Shown here piece after piece: positions 25,489 to 34,372 of a stretch of 63,322 nt of DNA. The notes under the pieces were generated by a model. It saw only the letters and a program-made list of their open reading frames with translations. It ran no database searches and was not told the DNA's origin. Location of the stretch: NCBI GenBank assembly GCA_035499145.1, contig DATJZK010000109.1:1-63322 (forward strand). The letters are read 5' to 3'. The first letter of the stretch is position 1. Every line of letters starts with the position of its first letter. The stretch comes from Thermoplasmata archaeon (GTDB lineage: Archaea; Thermoplasmatota; Thermoplasmata; Lutacidiplasmatales; UBA184). A program made the position numbers and the translations under genes.

Positions 25489-28089
25489 ATGAGCGCCCCG
25501 GAGTCGATCGCCCTCCGCTGCGTTGGAACCGCCCCGACCCGTCGCCGCATCTACCGCGACCTGGCGCGCGCGGTCGCCGCACGACCGGCCCCTGCGATCG
25601 TGGCGTTCGTCCACGACCCGAGCGGAGGCCCTCCGTGGATCGTTGCCCGGCCGAGGGCGGTGATCGACGCGGTACGCGGCGCCTCCGGCCTCGCCGGCGC
25701 GGCGGAGGAGGTCCCGCTCGACGAGGTGGGCGCCGAACCCTCGCCCGAGTGGCCCGCACGGTTCGGGGCCGCGGTGCCGCGCCCGGGGACCCTCCCGGGG
25801 GTCGCCTCCGCCGAGGCGCCGGACGACCCGCCGCGTCTTCGATCGCTCGTCGGTCCCGGATCCTGGCTTGGACTCCAGACGTTCTGGATCGGCGGGTCGA
25901 GCGGGGAGCTCTGGGCCGCGTGCCGGTGGCGCTTCGCCGCGCGATCGCCGGAGATCCTCCGGGCCCGCGCCGACGCCGTGGCGATCGCGGTCGCGGCCGG
26001 CTGGGGACGGTCGGTGGATCGGACGATGCGCCCCCGCGCCGGCAGGCTCGGTGCTCGCCGCGACTGGCGGGAGCTCGGGGTCGCCTCGCTGCCCCGGGCC
26101 GCGTGGACCCCGCTGGCGCCGGGGACCGCGGAACGCACGCCGGAGCCGCTCTGGGCCGTTGCCGAGCCCGCCGGGGTCGGTCAGCACGGCCACGCGGCGG
26201 TGTTCGGGGCATCGGGCGCCGGCAAGAGCTGGTTCCTCGCGGAAACGGCGGCACGGGAGATCCGCGCCGGGCGCCCCGTGGTCGCCCTCGATCTCCACGG
26301 TGACCTCGGGCCGGAGCTCCTCGCCCGACTCACCCTCGATCAAGCGTCGACCGTGCTGTGCGTCGACCTCGCCGACGGTCCGGTACCCGGCGTCGCGGCG
26401 CTCTCTCCGCTCGCCCCGGCGCCCCGGGCGGCCGCCCATCTGGTCGCGGCGTTGAAGCGGCTGAGCCCGGACGGGAACGAGACCTACTGGGGGTTCCGGC
26501 TCGAGCGGGTCCTGGACGCCTTCGCCCGCCTCGCCTTGGAATCCGGCGGTTCCCTGCTCGAGCTGCAGGCGTTGCTGACCGACGCGGGCCGTCGCGACGA
26601 GGCCCGGCTCGCGACCCGGGACCCGGACCTGGCGCGGTTCCTCGACGAGATCGCTCCGATCGTTCGACGCACGCCGGACTTCCTCTGGGGCGCCTCCGCC
26701 CGGCTCGGGAAGGTCGTCTCCGTGCCTTCGCTGGCCGAGCTCCTGGCGCCGACGGACGCCGGTCTCCCCGTCGAACAGCTCCTCGCGGCCGGACGCTCCT
26801 TGGTCGTCCGTGTACCGTTCGCACTGTTCGGCCCCGAGGTCGCTTCGTTCGCCGGGACCCTCGCCCTGGCCCGCGTCTACCTCGGCACCGCCGCAACACG
26901 AACCGCGACGGGCGGTCGGCCGGTCCTGCTCGTCCTCGATGAGGTGCAGGGCCTCTCGCCGCGCCTCGTCGCGGAGATGCTCGCCGAGAGCCGGAAATTC
27001 GGGTTCCGGCTCGTGGTCGCGACCCAGTTCCCGGATCGGCTCGCCCCCGAGCTCCGCGCGGCGGTCGCCGGAACAGTCCGCGACGTGGTCGCCTTCCGGG
27101 TACCGCGGTCGAGCGCGGCCGCGGTGGGGGGCTTCCTGGGGATGTCCCCGCCCGAGGCGGAACGGTCGCTCGCGGACCTCGCTCCCGGCCACGCGTACGC
27201 TCGCACCCCGGACGAGGCGGAGCTGCGGAGCGTCCCTCCGTGCCCGCCGGCCCCGGGCGGGGGGGACGACGCGTGGCGGAGCGCCGTCGGTCGCACCCGC
27301 CGGGAGTTCCCCCCATCGAGCCGGACCGAACGGAGCGTCACCGCCGAAGACACGGTGAACGAACGGATCCTGCTCGCCGTCCTCGCGTCCGAGGAGACCG
27401 GGCGGACGCTCACCGTCCCCGCGCTCCCGCGCGCCGTCGCCGCACTCCCCGGCGAGGCCGTGGACCCGGCGCTCCTGGCGGACCGGGTCGCGCCCCTCGT
27501 TCGGGCCGGGATGCTCGAGACGGGGGCCGACGGCCTCCGGCTCACTCCGGTCGGCACCCGACGGCTCGGGCTGGTCGCGACCACCGGGGCGACGCGGGAG
27601 AGCGCGACCCACCGGGCGCTGCTGCTGCGGGCGTTCCGCATCTTCGCGCGTCACGGCCACCTCCTCGAGATCGTCCGGCAGGGCCGCTACGACACGCAGC
27701 TGCCGGACGCTCGGTACCGCCAGGTGCCGGACGGTCTGCGCCACGGTGCCTCCCCGGCGCTCGCGGACGGTATCGACCGCCTCCGCACCGGCTGGGCGTG
27801 GCGATACTTCCGGGGCCGGGATGTGTTCGTGGAGGCGGAGGTTTCCGGGGCGCTTCGCCCGGCTCGGATCCGCCACGGCGCCCGGAAGGCGGCGGTGCAC
27901 GACGCCTGCGTGCTCTTCCTCGTGCGAGAGCCGCGTCAGGCTGCGAAGGTGCGCGCCACCGTTCGTTCGCTCGGCTACGGTCCCGACCGGGCCGTGGTCT
28001 GGACGCTCCCCGTCTCGGCGGGGCCCGCCTCGACACCGTGCCCCGAGGCCCCGGCGTCGGCCGCCGGAGTCGGCCCCTCCGCAGCGTAA
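25489..28089 (+). CDS. HerA/FtsK-superfamily (DUF87-like) P-loop ATPase fused to a C-terminal winged-helix and a PD-(D/E)xK-like nuclease-fold domain
   Basis: 866 aa from ATG 25489; the track ORF starts 58 codons earlier in non-protein-like sequence. Walker A HAAVFGASGAGKSWF. Walker B PVLLVLDEVQG. HerA-type ESRKFGFRLVVATQFPDRL. C-terminal wHTH-like ERILLAVLASEETGRTLT...LVRAGMLE. Then ESATHRALL...LPDARY...VFVEAEVSG...CVLFLV. Confidence 0.7.
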   Translation: MSAPESIALRCVGTAPTRRRIYRDLARAVAARPAPAIVAFVHDPSGGPPWIVARPRAVIDAVRGASGLAGAAEEVPLDEVGAEPSPEWPARFGAAVPRPGTLPGVASAEAPDDPPRLRSLVGPGSWLGLQTFWIGGSSGELWAACRWRFAARSPEILRARADAVAIAVAAGWGRSVDRTMRPRAGRLGARRDWRELGVASLPRAAWTPLAPGTAERTPEPLWAVAEPAGVGQHGHAAVFGASGAGKSWFLAETAAREIRAGRPVVALDLHGDLGPELLARLTLDQASTVLCVDLADGPVPGVAALSPLAPAPRAAAHLVAALKRLSPDGNETYWGFRLERVLDAFARLALESGGSLLELQALLTDAGRRDEARLATRDPDLARFLDEIAPIVRRTPDFLWGASARLGKVVSVPSLAELLAPTDAGLPVEQLLAAGRSLVVRVPFALFGPEVASFAGTLALARVYLGTAATRTATGGRPVLLVLDEVQGLSPRLVAEMLAESRKFGFRLVVATQFPDRLAPELRAAVAGTVRDVVAFRVPRSSAAAVGGFLGMSPPEAERSLADLAPGHAYARTPDEAELRSVPPCPPAPGGGDDAWRSAVGRTRREFPPSSRTERSVTAEDTVNERILLAVLASEETGRTLTVPALPRAVAALPGEAVDPALLADRVAPLVRAGMLETGADGLRLTPVGTRRLGLVATTGATRESATHRALLLRAFRIFARHGHLLEIVRQGRYDTQLPDARYRQVPDGLRHGASPALADGIDRLRTGWAWRYFRGRDVFVEAEVSGALRPARIRHGARKAAVHDACVLFLVREPRQAAKVRATVRSLGYGPDRAVVWTLPVSAGPASTPCPEAPASAAGVGPSAA

Positions 28090-28115
28090 AGACCGGTCGG
28101 GGGCGTTCGGGGGCG

Positions 28116-28682
28116 ATGCGAGCGTTCGTGGCGATCGACGTCCCGTCCCCCCCGTCTGAGCGGTCGGCCCCGACCCACCTTACGCTCCGGTTCCTGGGCG
28201 ACGTCCCCCCCGATCGGGTCCCGTTCATCGCCGAGCGACTCGGGGACGTCGCGCGCACCGCGACGCCGTTCGATCTCACGGTGGAGGGCGTGGGCGCCTT
28301 CCCGTCCGAGCGGAACCCGCGCGTCGTCTGGATCGGCGTGACGGTCGGGCGGGAGGCGGTGACCGCCCTCGCGGAGCGCGTTCGGGCGGCGCTGGCTTCG
28401 GAGGGATCGGTCGCCGAAGAAGGCCGGTTCGTGCCGCACGTCACCCTGTTCCGCGTACGCGACCCCGCGGGGCGGCGGGCGGCCCGGGAACTCCTGGAGG
28501 GGCGCGTACCCGGCCCCGCGCCCCGGTCGTTCCGGGTCGAGGCCGTCCTGCTGAAGGAGAGCCGCCTCCGCCCGGGCGGCGCCGATCACCGGACGATCGC
28601 CGTCGTCCCGCTCGGGGACGTGGCGGCCGGGACACGCGGGGCGCCGTCCGGCCGCTCCGTGACGAGCTTTCGCCAGAGGTAG
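28116..28682 (+). CDS. thpR: RNA 2',3'-cyclic phosphodiesterase (2H family, ThpR/LigT)
   Basis: ATG 28116, 188 aa. Two HxT/S motifs (HLTLRFLG and HVTLFRV). The last ~30 codons overlap the convergent glycosylase gene. Confidence 0.85.
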   Translation: MRAFVAIDVPSPPSERSAPTHLTLRFLGDVPPDRVPFIAERLGDVARTATPFDLTVEGVGAFPSERNPRVVWIGVTVGREAVTALAERVRAALASEGSVAEEGRFVPHVTLFRVRDPAGRRAARELLEGRVPGPAPRSFRVEAVLLKESRLRPGGADHRTIAVVPLGDVAAGTRGAPSGRSVTSFRQR

Positions 28683-29539
28683 AGCGTCGCGTAGCTTCCC
28701 CACCCCGGGTACCACCGCTCGCCCCACGCCCGCACGCGCTCCTCGGGAACGTCCCGCGCGAGCGCTCCGAAGCGAGCGAGGGCGACCCGCAGCCCGAGGT
28801 CGCCGGCGACGAACACGTCCCGTCGCCCGGCCCCGCGGAGCAGCGCGTTCTCGGCCGTCCAGCGGCCCACCCCGGGGAGCGACTCGAGCTCTGTGCGCGC
28901 GGCCGGGAGCGAGCGGCGGGCGAGCGCTTCCGACGACGGCGCCCCGTTCCCGACCCAGCGCGCCAGCGCGAGCAGCGCCCGCGCTTTCGCCGCGCTGAGC
29001 CCGTACGGGCGGAGCCCGTCCGCACCGGCGGCGAGGAGTCGGGACGGCGGCGGGACGCACGGGACGGAGATTCCGTCCGCTTCGAGGACGACGCCGAGCC
29101 CGTCGAGCAGGCGTCGCTTGATCGCGTTCGCCGCCGCCACCGAGATCTGCTGGCCGACGATCGAGTGGAGCAACGCCTCGTAGACGTTCGCGTCACGAGG
29201 GAGCCGAAGTCCGCGGAACCGACGATCCGTCCCGCGGAGCACCGGCTCGGTCCGGACGAGGCGATAGAACTCCTCGAGCGGATGATCCAGCGAGAACAGC
29301 GCGCGCGCCGCGGCCCGGGCCGTCCGCGGTCCGGCGCCCCACGCTTCGATCCCCCACCGAGCTCCGCGCGGCTCGACCGCCAGGACCCACGGCCGCTCGG
29401 GCGCGCCCCAGGCCCGGAGCAGACGCGCCCCGTCCCCGGCGAAGACGATCGACCGGGAGGAGTACTCGAGCTGGGCCCGGGCCGCCGGGAGCGAGGCGAT
29501 GCGGGGAGGGGCGATCGAGGTTCGGGTGGGTCGCCCCAC
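28586..29539 (-). CDS. HhH-GPD DNA glycosylase (AlkA-like 3-methyladenine DNA glycosylase II)
   Basis: 317 aa. IVGQQISVAAANAIKRRL, HhH-GPD LESLPGVGRWTAENALL, and the catalytic Asp context VFVAGDLGLR. Confidence 0.8.
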   Translation of the reverse strand: MGRPTRTSIAPPRIASLPAARAQLEYSSRSIVFAGDGARLLRAWGAPERPWVLAVEPRGARWGIEAWGAGPRTARAAARALFSLDHPLEEFYRLVRTEPVLRGTDRRFRGLRLPRDANVYEALLHSIVGQQISVAAANAIKRRLLDGLGVVLEADGISVPCVPPPSRLLAAGADGLRPYGLSAAKARALLALARWVGNGAPSSEALARRSLPAARTELESLPGVGRWTAENALLRGAGRRDVFVAGDLGLRVALARFGALARDVPEERVRAWGERWYPGWGSYATLYLWRKLVTERPDGAPRVPAATSPSGTTAIVR

Positions 29540-29672
29540 GGCCGGCGAGCGTCCGTCGGTATGAGGGCGTTGCGGGCCACCGTTCAGCAGCGATCCGCGT
29601 TCGAGGAACGGTTAAACGTCTCGGGGGCGGTAAGGCTCCGCTCCTGCGGGACCCGGGAGCCGGGGTGGGGTC

Positions 29673-32429
29673 GTGTCGGTCCGACGCACCGTCGGGCGCG
29701 CGGCACTCGCCGGGGCCGTTCTCCTCCTCCTGATCGCCTCCGTTCCGCTCGGATCGTCCTCGTCCGGGCACGGCGACGTCGTGAATCCCGGTCCCTGCTC
29801 GTCCGAGGCGGCTCCGGCCGCGCCGACCGGCGACCTGACCGTCGTCGGGGGGCCGAGAAACTCGACCGACGTGGGGGGCGTCCCGATCCAGTACTCGTTC
29901 CACCTGGGGGTCCGGGTCGTGAACGCAGGGACCGGGGCGCTGATTCTCGCCGGCTGCGAGCGGGCGACGGAGAACGTGACCTCGAACCTCTCCGGCGGGT
30001 TCGCCTTCCCGTCCGCGCTCCCCGCGACGACGTGCGAATCGCCGACGACCGTCTGCATCGAGTTCTCGGGCCCGTTCGGACCGTACTCGGTGCTGCCCGA
30101 GGTCCCTCCCCCGGCCGGCTTCGCGTTCGGCAGCTCCGGCGGACCGACGTCGTTCGAGCTTCGCTGGGTCTACGAGCTCGCGTCCGTGCAGCTCGATCCC
30201 CCGGGGCCGAGCGTCACCCTCAGCCCCGGGGCCCCGACCGCGATCGTCGCCGAACCCAAGATGGCGAACGGATCGGCGAGCCCGCTCTCCCCCAGTTACA
30301 CCTGGGGCCTCTCGGGCGTGGGGTGGTCGTTCTCGGTGGCCCCGACCGGGCCCAACGTGACGGTCGTCTCGGCACCGGGCGCCGGCGTCGGCCTCCTCAC
30401 CGTACACGCCACCTCGACCGTCGGCGGCGCGCACTTGGATCCGGCCGCGACCTCCCTGACGCTCCTCGCGCAGGCAACCGTCATCGACTCGGGCGAGCTC
30501 GACCGGACGACGATCGACGAGGGCTCCCCGATTCGGGCGACCGTCCTCGGGGTGGGCGCCCCCGGATACGCCTACTCGGCGACGGTGACCCCCGGCCTCG
30601 GCCTCCCGACGGTCGCCGCCCCGTGCACGATCGGGAACGTGACGGCCGGGGTCGAGAGCCTCCGGTGCGTCGCGAACGTCACCTATCCGTCGCCCGGGGT
30701 GGCGCAGCCGACCGCGCGCCTGACGAACGGGTTCTCGGCCTCCGGCTGGGTGTTCGCCCCCGTCACGATCGACACCTCCCCCGAGATCTCGATCGAGCCG
30801 ACGTCCCCGATCGGCTACGTCGGCGCGCCGGTGTCGATCGGACTCGCGGCGGCGGCGGGCACCGGCACGGCTCCGTATGCGGTCGCCTGCCTCGACGCAG
30901 GTCCGGCCGGGACCGCCTGCCAGCGCTCTCCCGGTCCGGCCTGGACGTTCGCTCTGATGTTCGCCGCGCCGGGGGCATTCGCCGCAAGCGCCTGGGCGAT
31001 CGACAACGAAGGGGAAAACGGGTCGACCGGCTTCTCGATATCGATCGTCCCGACCCTGGCGGTCGGTCCCGTTTCGGACGGGGGCGGGAACGCGACGGCC
31101 GGCACCCCGATCGTGCTCTCGTCGACGATCAGTGGCGGCGTGCTCCCGATCCGATACTGGTGGAACGCCTCCGGGGTCAGCGGATCGTTCGCCGCCGGGA
31201 CATCCCCGGTCGACGGGCGGCTGGCGGCGACGATCGTTCCGACCGGCTCCGGGGCGCTGACGGTCTCGCTGACGGTCGTCGATGCGCTCGGGTCCGAGCG
31301 GGAGTCGGGGGAGCTGATCGCGGTCGGGTCGGCGCCGCCGTTCTCGGTCGGGGCCGTGGTCCCGCCGCCGGGCGCCCCCGTAACCGCCGGCACCGCCTTC
31401 GAGGTCGTCTGGGGGGCGGAGGACCGCAACGGGGCGGCCGTCCACGGATTCGCGGTCCCGGTGGTGCTGGACCTCACGCGGGCCGGCGCCCCCGTCGACG
31501 GCGCGGTGTCGGTCGCCGGAGTGGGCGCCGTCCCGCCCCTCGGGAACGGAACGTACGGCATCCCCGGCGGGGGGTGGATCGACGGGGAGCTGACGACGTC
31601 GATCACCGTCACGACCGCCGGTCCGCTCTCGGTCGGGCTCGCGGGTTCGGCCCTTCCCGGACCGGTCGACCCCGTCCGCCTCTCGATCGCCCCCGACCGG
31701 TCGGACCTCCTGCTGTTCGGGCCGCGCGTAGCGGTCGGCGACCCGCGCGGCAACTCGACGTTCTGGCAGGTCACCGACCGCTACGGCAATCCCGCCCCCG
31801 GCGCGGAGCTCGCCGTTCGGCTCGTCTGGGGGGTCGCGAGCCGCACCTCGCTCACGACCGTCCTCGCGACGGCCGGGAACACGTCGGGGGCCTGGGTCAA
31901 CTTCACCGCCCCGGGTCCCGGCGGGGCGACGCTCACCGTCGTCGACGCCGCCGGGAACGTCGTCGTCGGGCCGTTCGTCGTTCCGGCGCTCGCCCCCGGA
32001 CCCCCCGTGAGCGCGGCGACCGTGACCCTCGCCGCCGCGGTCCCCATCGGGGCGCTCGGGGCGATCGGATCGGGGCTCGTGCGCCGCCGGGCACGATCGG
32101 CGGCCCGCCCGCCGGACCCGGAGGCCGACCTCCGCCGGCTGGCGGAGGGCCGGTCGCAGCTCCTCGAGATCGTCCGCCGCGTCGGGGCGGCCGACCTGGC
32201 CGAGCTCGAGGCCGCGTGGCGGCCGTCGCCCGCCCCCGCCGAGCTCTCCGACTGGCTCGCCTCGCTCGTCGCCGACGGCTCGCTCACGGCCCGTGTCGAC
32301 CCGGACGGGCGGGCCCGGTTCTGCCCGGCGGACGGGCGCACCGCGGGTCCGCGGATCACGTTCGATCCCGCCGCGTTCGAGCGGGCGCAGCGACGGTGGG
32401 ACGAACCGCCGGAGCCGACCGACCCCTAG
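29673..32429 (+). CDS. Large glycosylated surface protein (Ig-like repeats) with C-terminal TM anchor and a cytoplasmic winged-helix-like tail
   Basis: 918 aa. Signal peptide MSVRRTVGRAALAGAVLLLLIASVPLG. About 800 aa of Ser/Thr/Gly/Val-rich beta-type sequence with many N-x-S/T sequons. TM segment VTLAAAVPIGALGAIGSGLV followed by RRRAR. A ~130-aa tail (LLEIVRRVGAADLAELEAAW...LVADGSLTARVD). Confidence 0.7.
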   Translation: MSVRRTVGRAALAGAVLLLLIASVPLGSSSSGHGDVVNPGPCSSEAAPAAPTGDLTVVGGPRNSTDVGGVPIQYSFHLGVRVVNAGTGALILAGCERATENVTSNLSGGFAFPSALPATTCESPTTVCIEFSGPFGPYSVLPEVPPPAGFAFGSSGGPTSFELRWVYELASVQLDPPGPSVTLSPGAPTAIVAEPKMANGSASPLSPSYTWGLSGVGWSFSVAPTGPNVTVVSAPGAGVGLLTVHATSTVGGAHLDPAATSLTLLAQATVIDSGELDRTTIDEGSPIRATVLGVGAPGYAYSATVTPGLGLPTVAAPCTIGNVTAGVESLRCVANVTYPSPGVAQPTARLTNGFSASGWVFAPVTIDTSPEISIEPTSPIGYVGAPVSIGLAAAAGTGTAPYAVACLDAGPAGTACQRSPGPAWTFALMFAAPGAFAASAWAIDNEGENGSTGFSISIVPTLAVGPVSDGGGNATAGTPIVLSSTISGGVLPIRYWWNASGVSGSFAAGTSPVDGRLAATIVPTGSGALTVSLTVVDALGSERESGELIAVGSAPPFSVGAVVPPPGAPVTAGTAFEVVWGAEDRNGAAVHGFAVPVVLDLTRAGAPVDGAVSVAGVGAVPPLGNGTYGIPGGGWIDGELTTSITVTTAGPLSVGLAGSALPGPVDPVRLSIAPDRSDLLLFGPRVAVGDPRGNSTFWQVTDRYGNPAPGAELAVRLVWGVASRTSLTTVLATAGNTSGAWVNFTAPGPGGATLTVVDAAGNVVVGPFVVPALAPGPPVSAATVTLAAAVPIGALGAIGSGLVRRRARSAARPPDPEADLRRLAEGRSQLLEIVRRVGAADLAELEAAWRPSPAPAELSDWLASLVADGSLTARVDPDGRARFCPADGRTAGPRITFDPAAFERAQRRWDEPPEPTDP

Positions 32430-33718
32430 CTCGGCGGGCGGCCCACCAGGTCGTAGTACCGGTACGCCGCCTCGCCCGCTCCGAAACAGTATCGCAGCGT
32501 GGTGAACCCGCGCTTCAGCTCCGCGGCGGCCGCGGCGACCTCGGCCGCCGGCCGGCCCTTGTGGAGGAGGTCGTCGAGCAGCCCGGCGATGCGGCCCATC
32601 TCCCGTTCGCCCATCCCGAGCCGGGTCACCTCGGGCGTGCCGAGGCGGATCCCGCCCGGCTGCTTCGGGCTCTTGTCGCCCGGCAGGAGGTTCTTGTTCG
32701 AGATGATGCCGACGTCCGCGAGGCGCCGCGCGACCTGGGCGCCGCCGCCCTCCTTCTCGACGCGGACCGCGATCGTGTGCGATCGGGTGAACCCCAGGTC
32801 GGCCGCGAGCACGTCGAACCCGCGGGCATGGAGCGCGGCGGCGAGGGCCTGGGCGTTCGCGACCGTCCGACGGGCGTACTCCCGGCCGAACTCGAGGTGC
32901 TCGGCGAGGCTGACGGCGAGGGCCGCCATCGCGTTCAGGTGGTGGTTGCTCGTCACGCCGGGGAACGCGCCGCTCTGCAGCCGCTGGGCGACCTCGGGGG
33001 GGAGGCCGTCCCCCAGGAGGATGCCGTGCTGGGGCCCGGGGAGGGTCTTGTGGGTCGAGGCGCTGATCACCTGGCAGCCCTCGCGCAGGGGGTCCTGGAA
33101 CTCGCCGCCGGCGATGAGGCCGAGCACGTGCGCCCCGTCGTACCAGCCGCGGGCCCCGATCTCCTCGAGCGTCGGGCGCAGCTCGTCGATCGGCATCGGG
33201 AACAGGAACAGCGACAGCCCGAACAGGCAGGTCTTCGGCCGGACCGCCCGAAGGATCTCCCGCGTCCGCGGGACGTCGATCGTCATCCGCGCCTCGTCCC
33301 ACGCGTAGTAGACCGGCTTCACCCCGCGGAGGCCGAACGCCCCGAACGCCGCGCTCGAGATGTGGGCGCCGTCCGCGAGGCGGCTCGTGCCGACGAGCTC
33401 CCCCGGGTCGGTGAGCGCCTTCAGGACCGCGAGGTTCGCGACCGTCCCCGAGATGGGCCGAACGTCCGCGAACGAGCAGCGGAACAGCCGGCGGGCGAGG
33501 TCGAGGCAGAGGTTCTCGACCTCATCGACGTCCTCGTTCCCTTCGTAGTACCGCTCGCCGGGCAGCCCCTCGGCGTACCGGGAATGGAGATCGGAGATCA
33601 GCAGCTCCTTCGCGTACGGCGATAGGAGGTTCTCGCTCGCGATGAGCGGGATCGCCCGCTCGAACCGGGCCGAGTGGCGCTGGACGATCGCGCGGAGCTT
33701 GGCGACCGTGCCGGCCAT
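32426..33718 (-). CDS. glyA: Serine hydroxymethyltransferase
   Basis: Start moved to ATG 33718 (MAGTVAKLRAIVQRH...). Motifs: LIASENLLSPYAKE, YAEGLPGERYYEG, and PLP-lysine context SASTHKTLPGPQ. 430 aa. Confidence 0.92.
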   Translation of the reverse strand: MAGTVAKLRAIVQRHSARFERAIPLIASENLLSPYAKELLISDLHSRYAEGLPGERYYEGNEDVDEVENLCLDLARRLFRCSFADVRPISGTVANLAVLKALTDPGELVGTSRLADGAHISSAAFGAFGLRGVKPVYYAWDEARMTIDVPRTREILRAVRPKTCLFGLSLFLFPMPIDELRPTLEEIGARGWYDGAHVLGLIAGGEFQDPLREGCQVISASTHKTLPGPQHGILLGDGLPPEVAQRLQSGAFPGVTSNHHLNAMAALAVSLAEHLEFGREYARRTVANAQALAAALHARGFDVLAADLGFTRSHTIAVRVEKEGGGAQVARRLADVGIISNKNLLPGDKSPKQPGGIRLGTPEVTRLGMGEREMGRIAGLLDDLLHKGRPAAEVAAAAAELKRGFTTLRYCFGAGEAAYRYYDLVGRPPS

Positions 33719-33836
33719 CTCCCCCGGCGCGACCGGTGAGCCCCCCACCCCTCCGTTGCCAGTGGAACCGTGGGCCGTCCGAACCACCTCCGAGCGCCCG
33801 CCGGGCCGCGCGGTGGCGCGGTAGCCGCTCGCGCGC

Positions 33837-33842
33837 ATATAT
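33837..33842. promoter_or_regulatory. Palindromic TATA element (ATATAT) between glyA and the thioesterase gene
   Basis: The only AT run in the spacer, 31 nt upstream of ATG 33868. Confidence 0.4.
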
Positions 33843-33867
33843 GGAACCGGGGTCGTGTCCGGCGACG

Positions 33868-34326
33868 ATGGCCCTGCCCACGCCGACCACCGCACCGTGG
33901 CCGGTCCGGCGTCGCTTCCACGTCCCGTACCACGACCTGGACGTGCTCGACCACCTGAACCACGCCGCGTACTTTCCGATGATGGAGACGCTCCGCTGCG
34001 ACTACTACCTCCCGCTGATCCCCGCCACCGACCCGGCCGCGCTCGACATCATCATCGCCGAAGCGACGTGCCGGTTCCTCGCCCCCGTCGGGTACGGCGC
34101 GGAGCTGCTGGGCGAGGTGGCGCCCGCCCGACCGGTCGGACGGACCAGCTTCGTGCTCCTGTACCGGTTCAAGGACGTGGAGCGGGACCGGTGGGCGGCC
34201 CGCGGCCGCACGGTCGTCGTCACGTACGACTACCGGGCCGGTGCGAAGCAGCCGATCCCGCCCGAGCGGAAGCACCGGCTCGAGCACGACGCCGTGGATC
34301 CCGTGGCCGAAGGGTGGGGACCGTAG
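33868..34326 (+). CDS. Hotdog-fold acyl-CoA thioesterase (4HBT/YbgC-like)
   Basis: 152 aa from ATG 33868 (alternative ATG 33841). VPYHDLDVLDHLNHAAYFPMMETLRCDY is the YbgC/4HBT active-site region. Confidence 0.75.
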   Translation: MALPTPTTAPWPVRRRFHVPYHDLDVLDHLNHAAYFPMMETLRCDYYLPLIPATDPAALDIIIAEATCRFLAPVGYGAELLGEVAPARPVGRTSFVLLYRFKDVERDRWAARGRTVVVTYDYRAGAKQPIPPERKHRLEHDAVDPVAEGWGP

Positions 34327-34372
34327 TCTCCACAGGAAACCGGGGGGTGGGGGGGTCCGGGCGCTCCGGCCC

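Noticed and set aside
25030-27900. 956-aa minus-strand ORF, and similar giant ORFs (29193-33302 minus 1369 aa; 12414-14627 plus portion; 3604-5820 plus; 8910-11300 minus; 21259-24327 plus; 54400-56571 minus; 40114-41601 upstream part).
   Set aside because: Their translations are Arg/Pro/Gly/Asp-rich with no motifs. They lie antisense to, or out of frame with, genes that have clear family signatures. This is typical stop-codon-poor shadow ORF behaviour in very GC-rich DNA.
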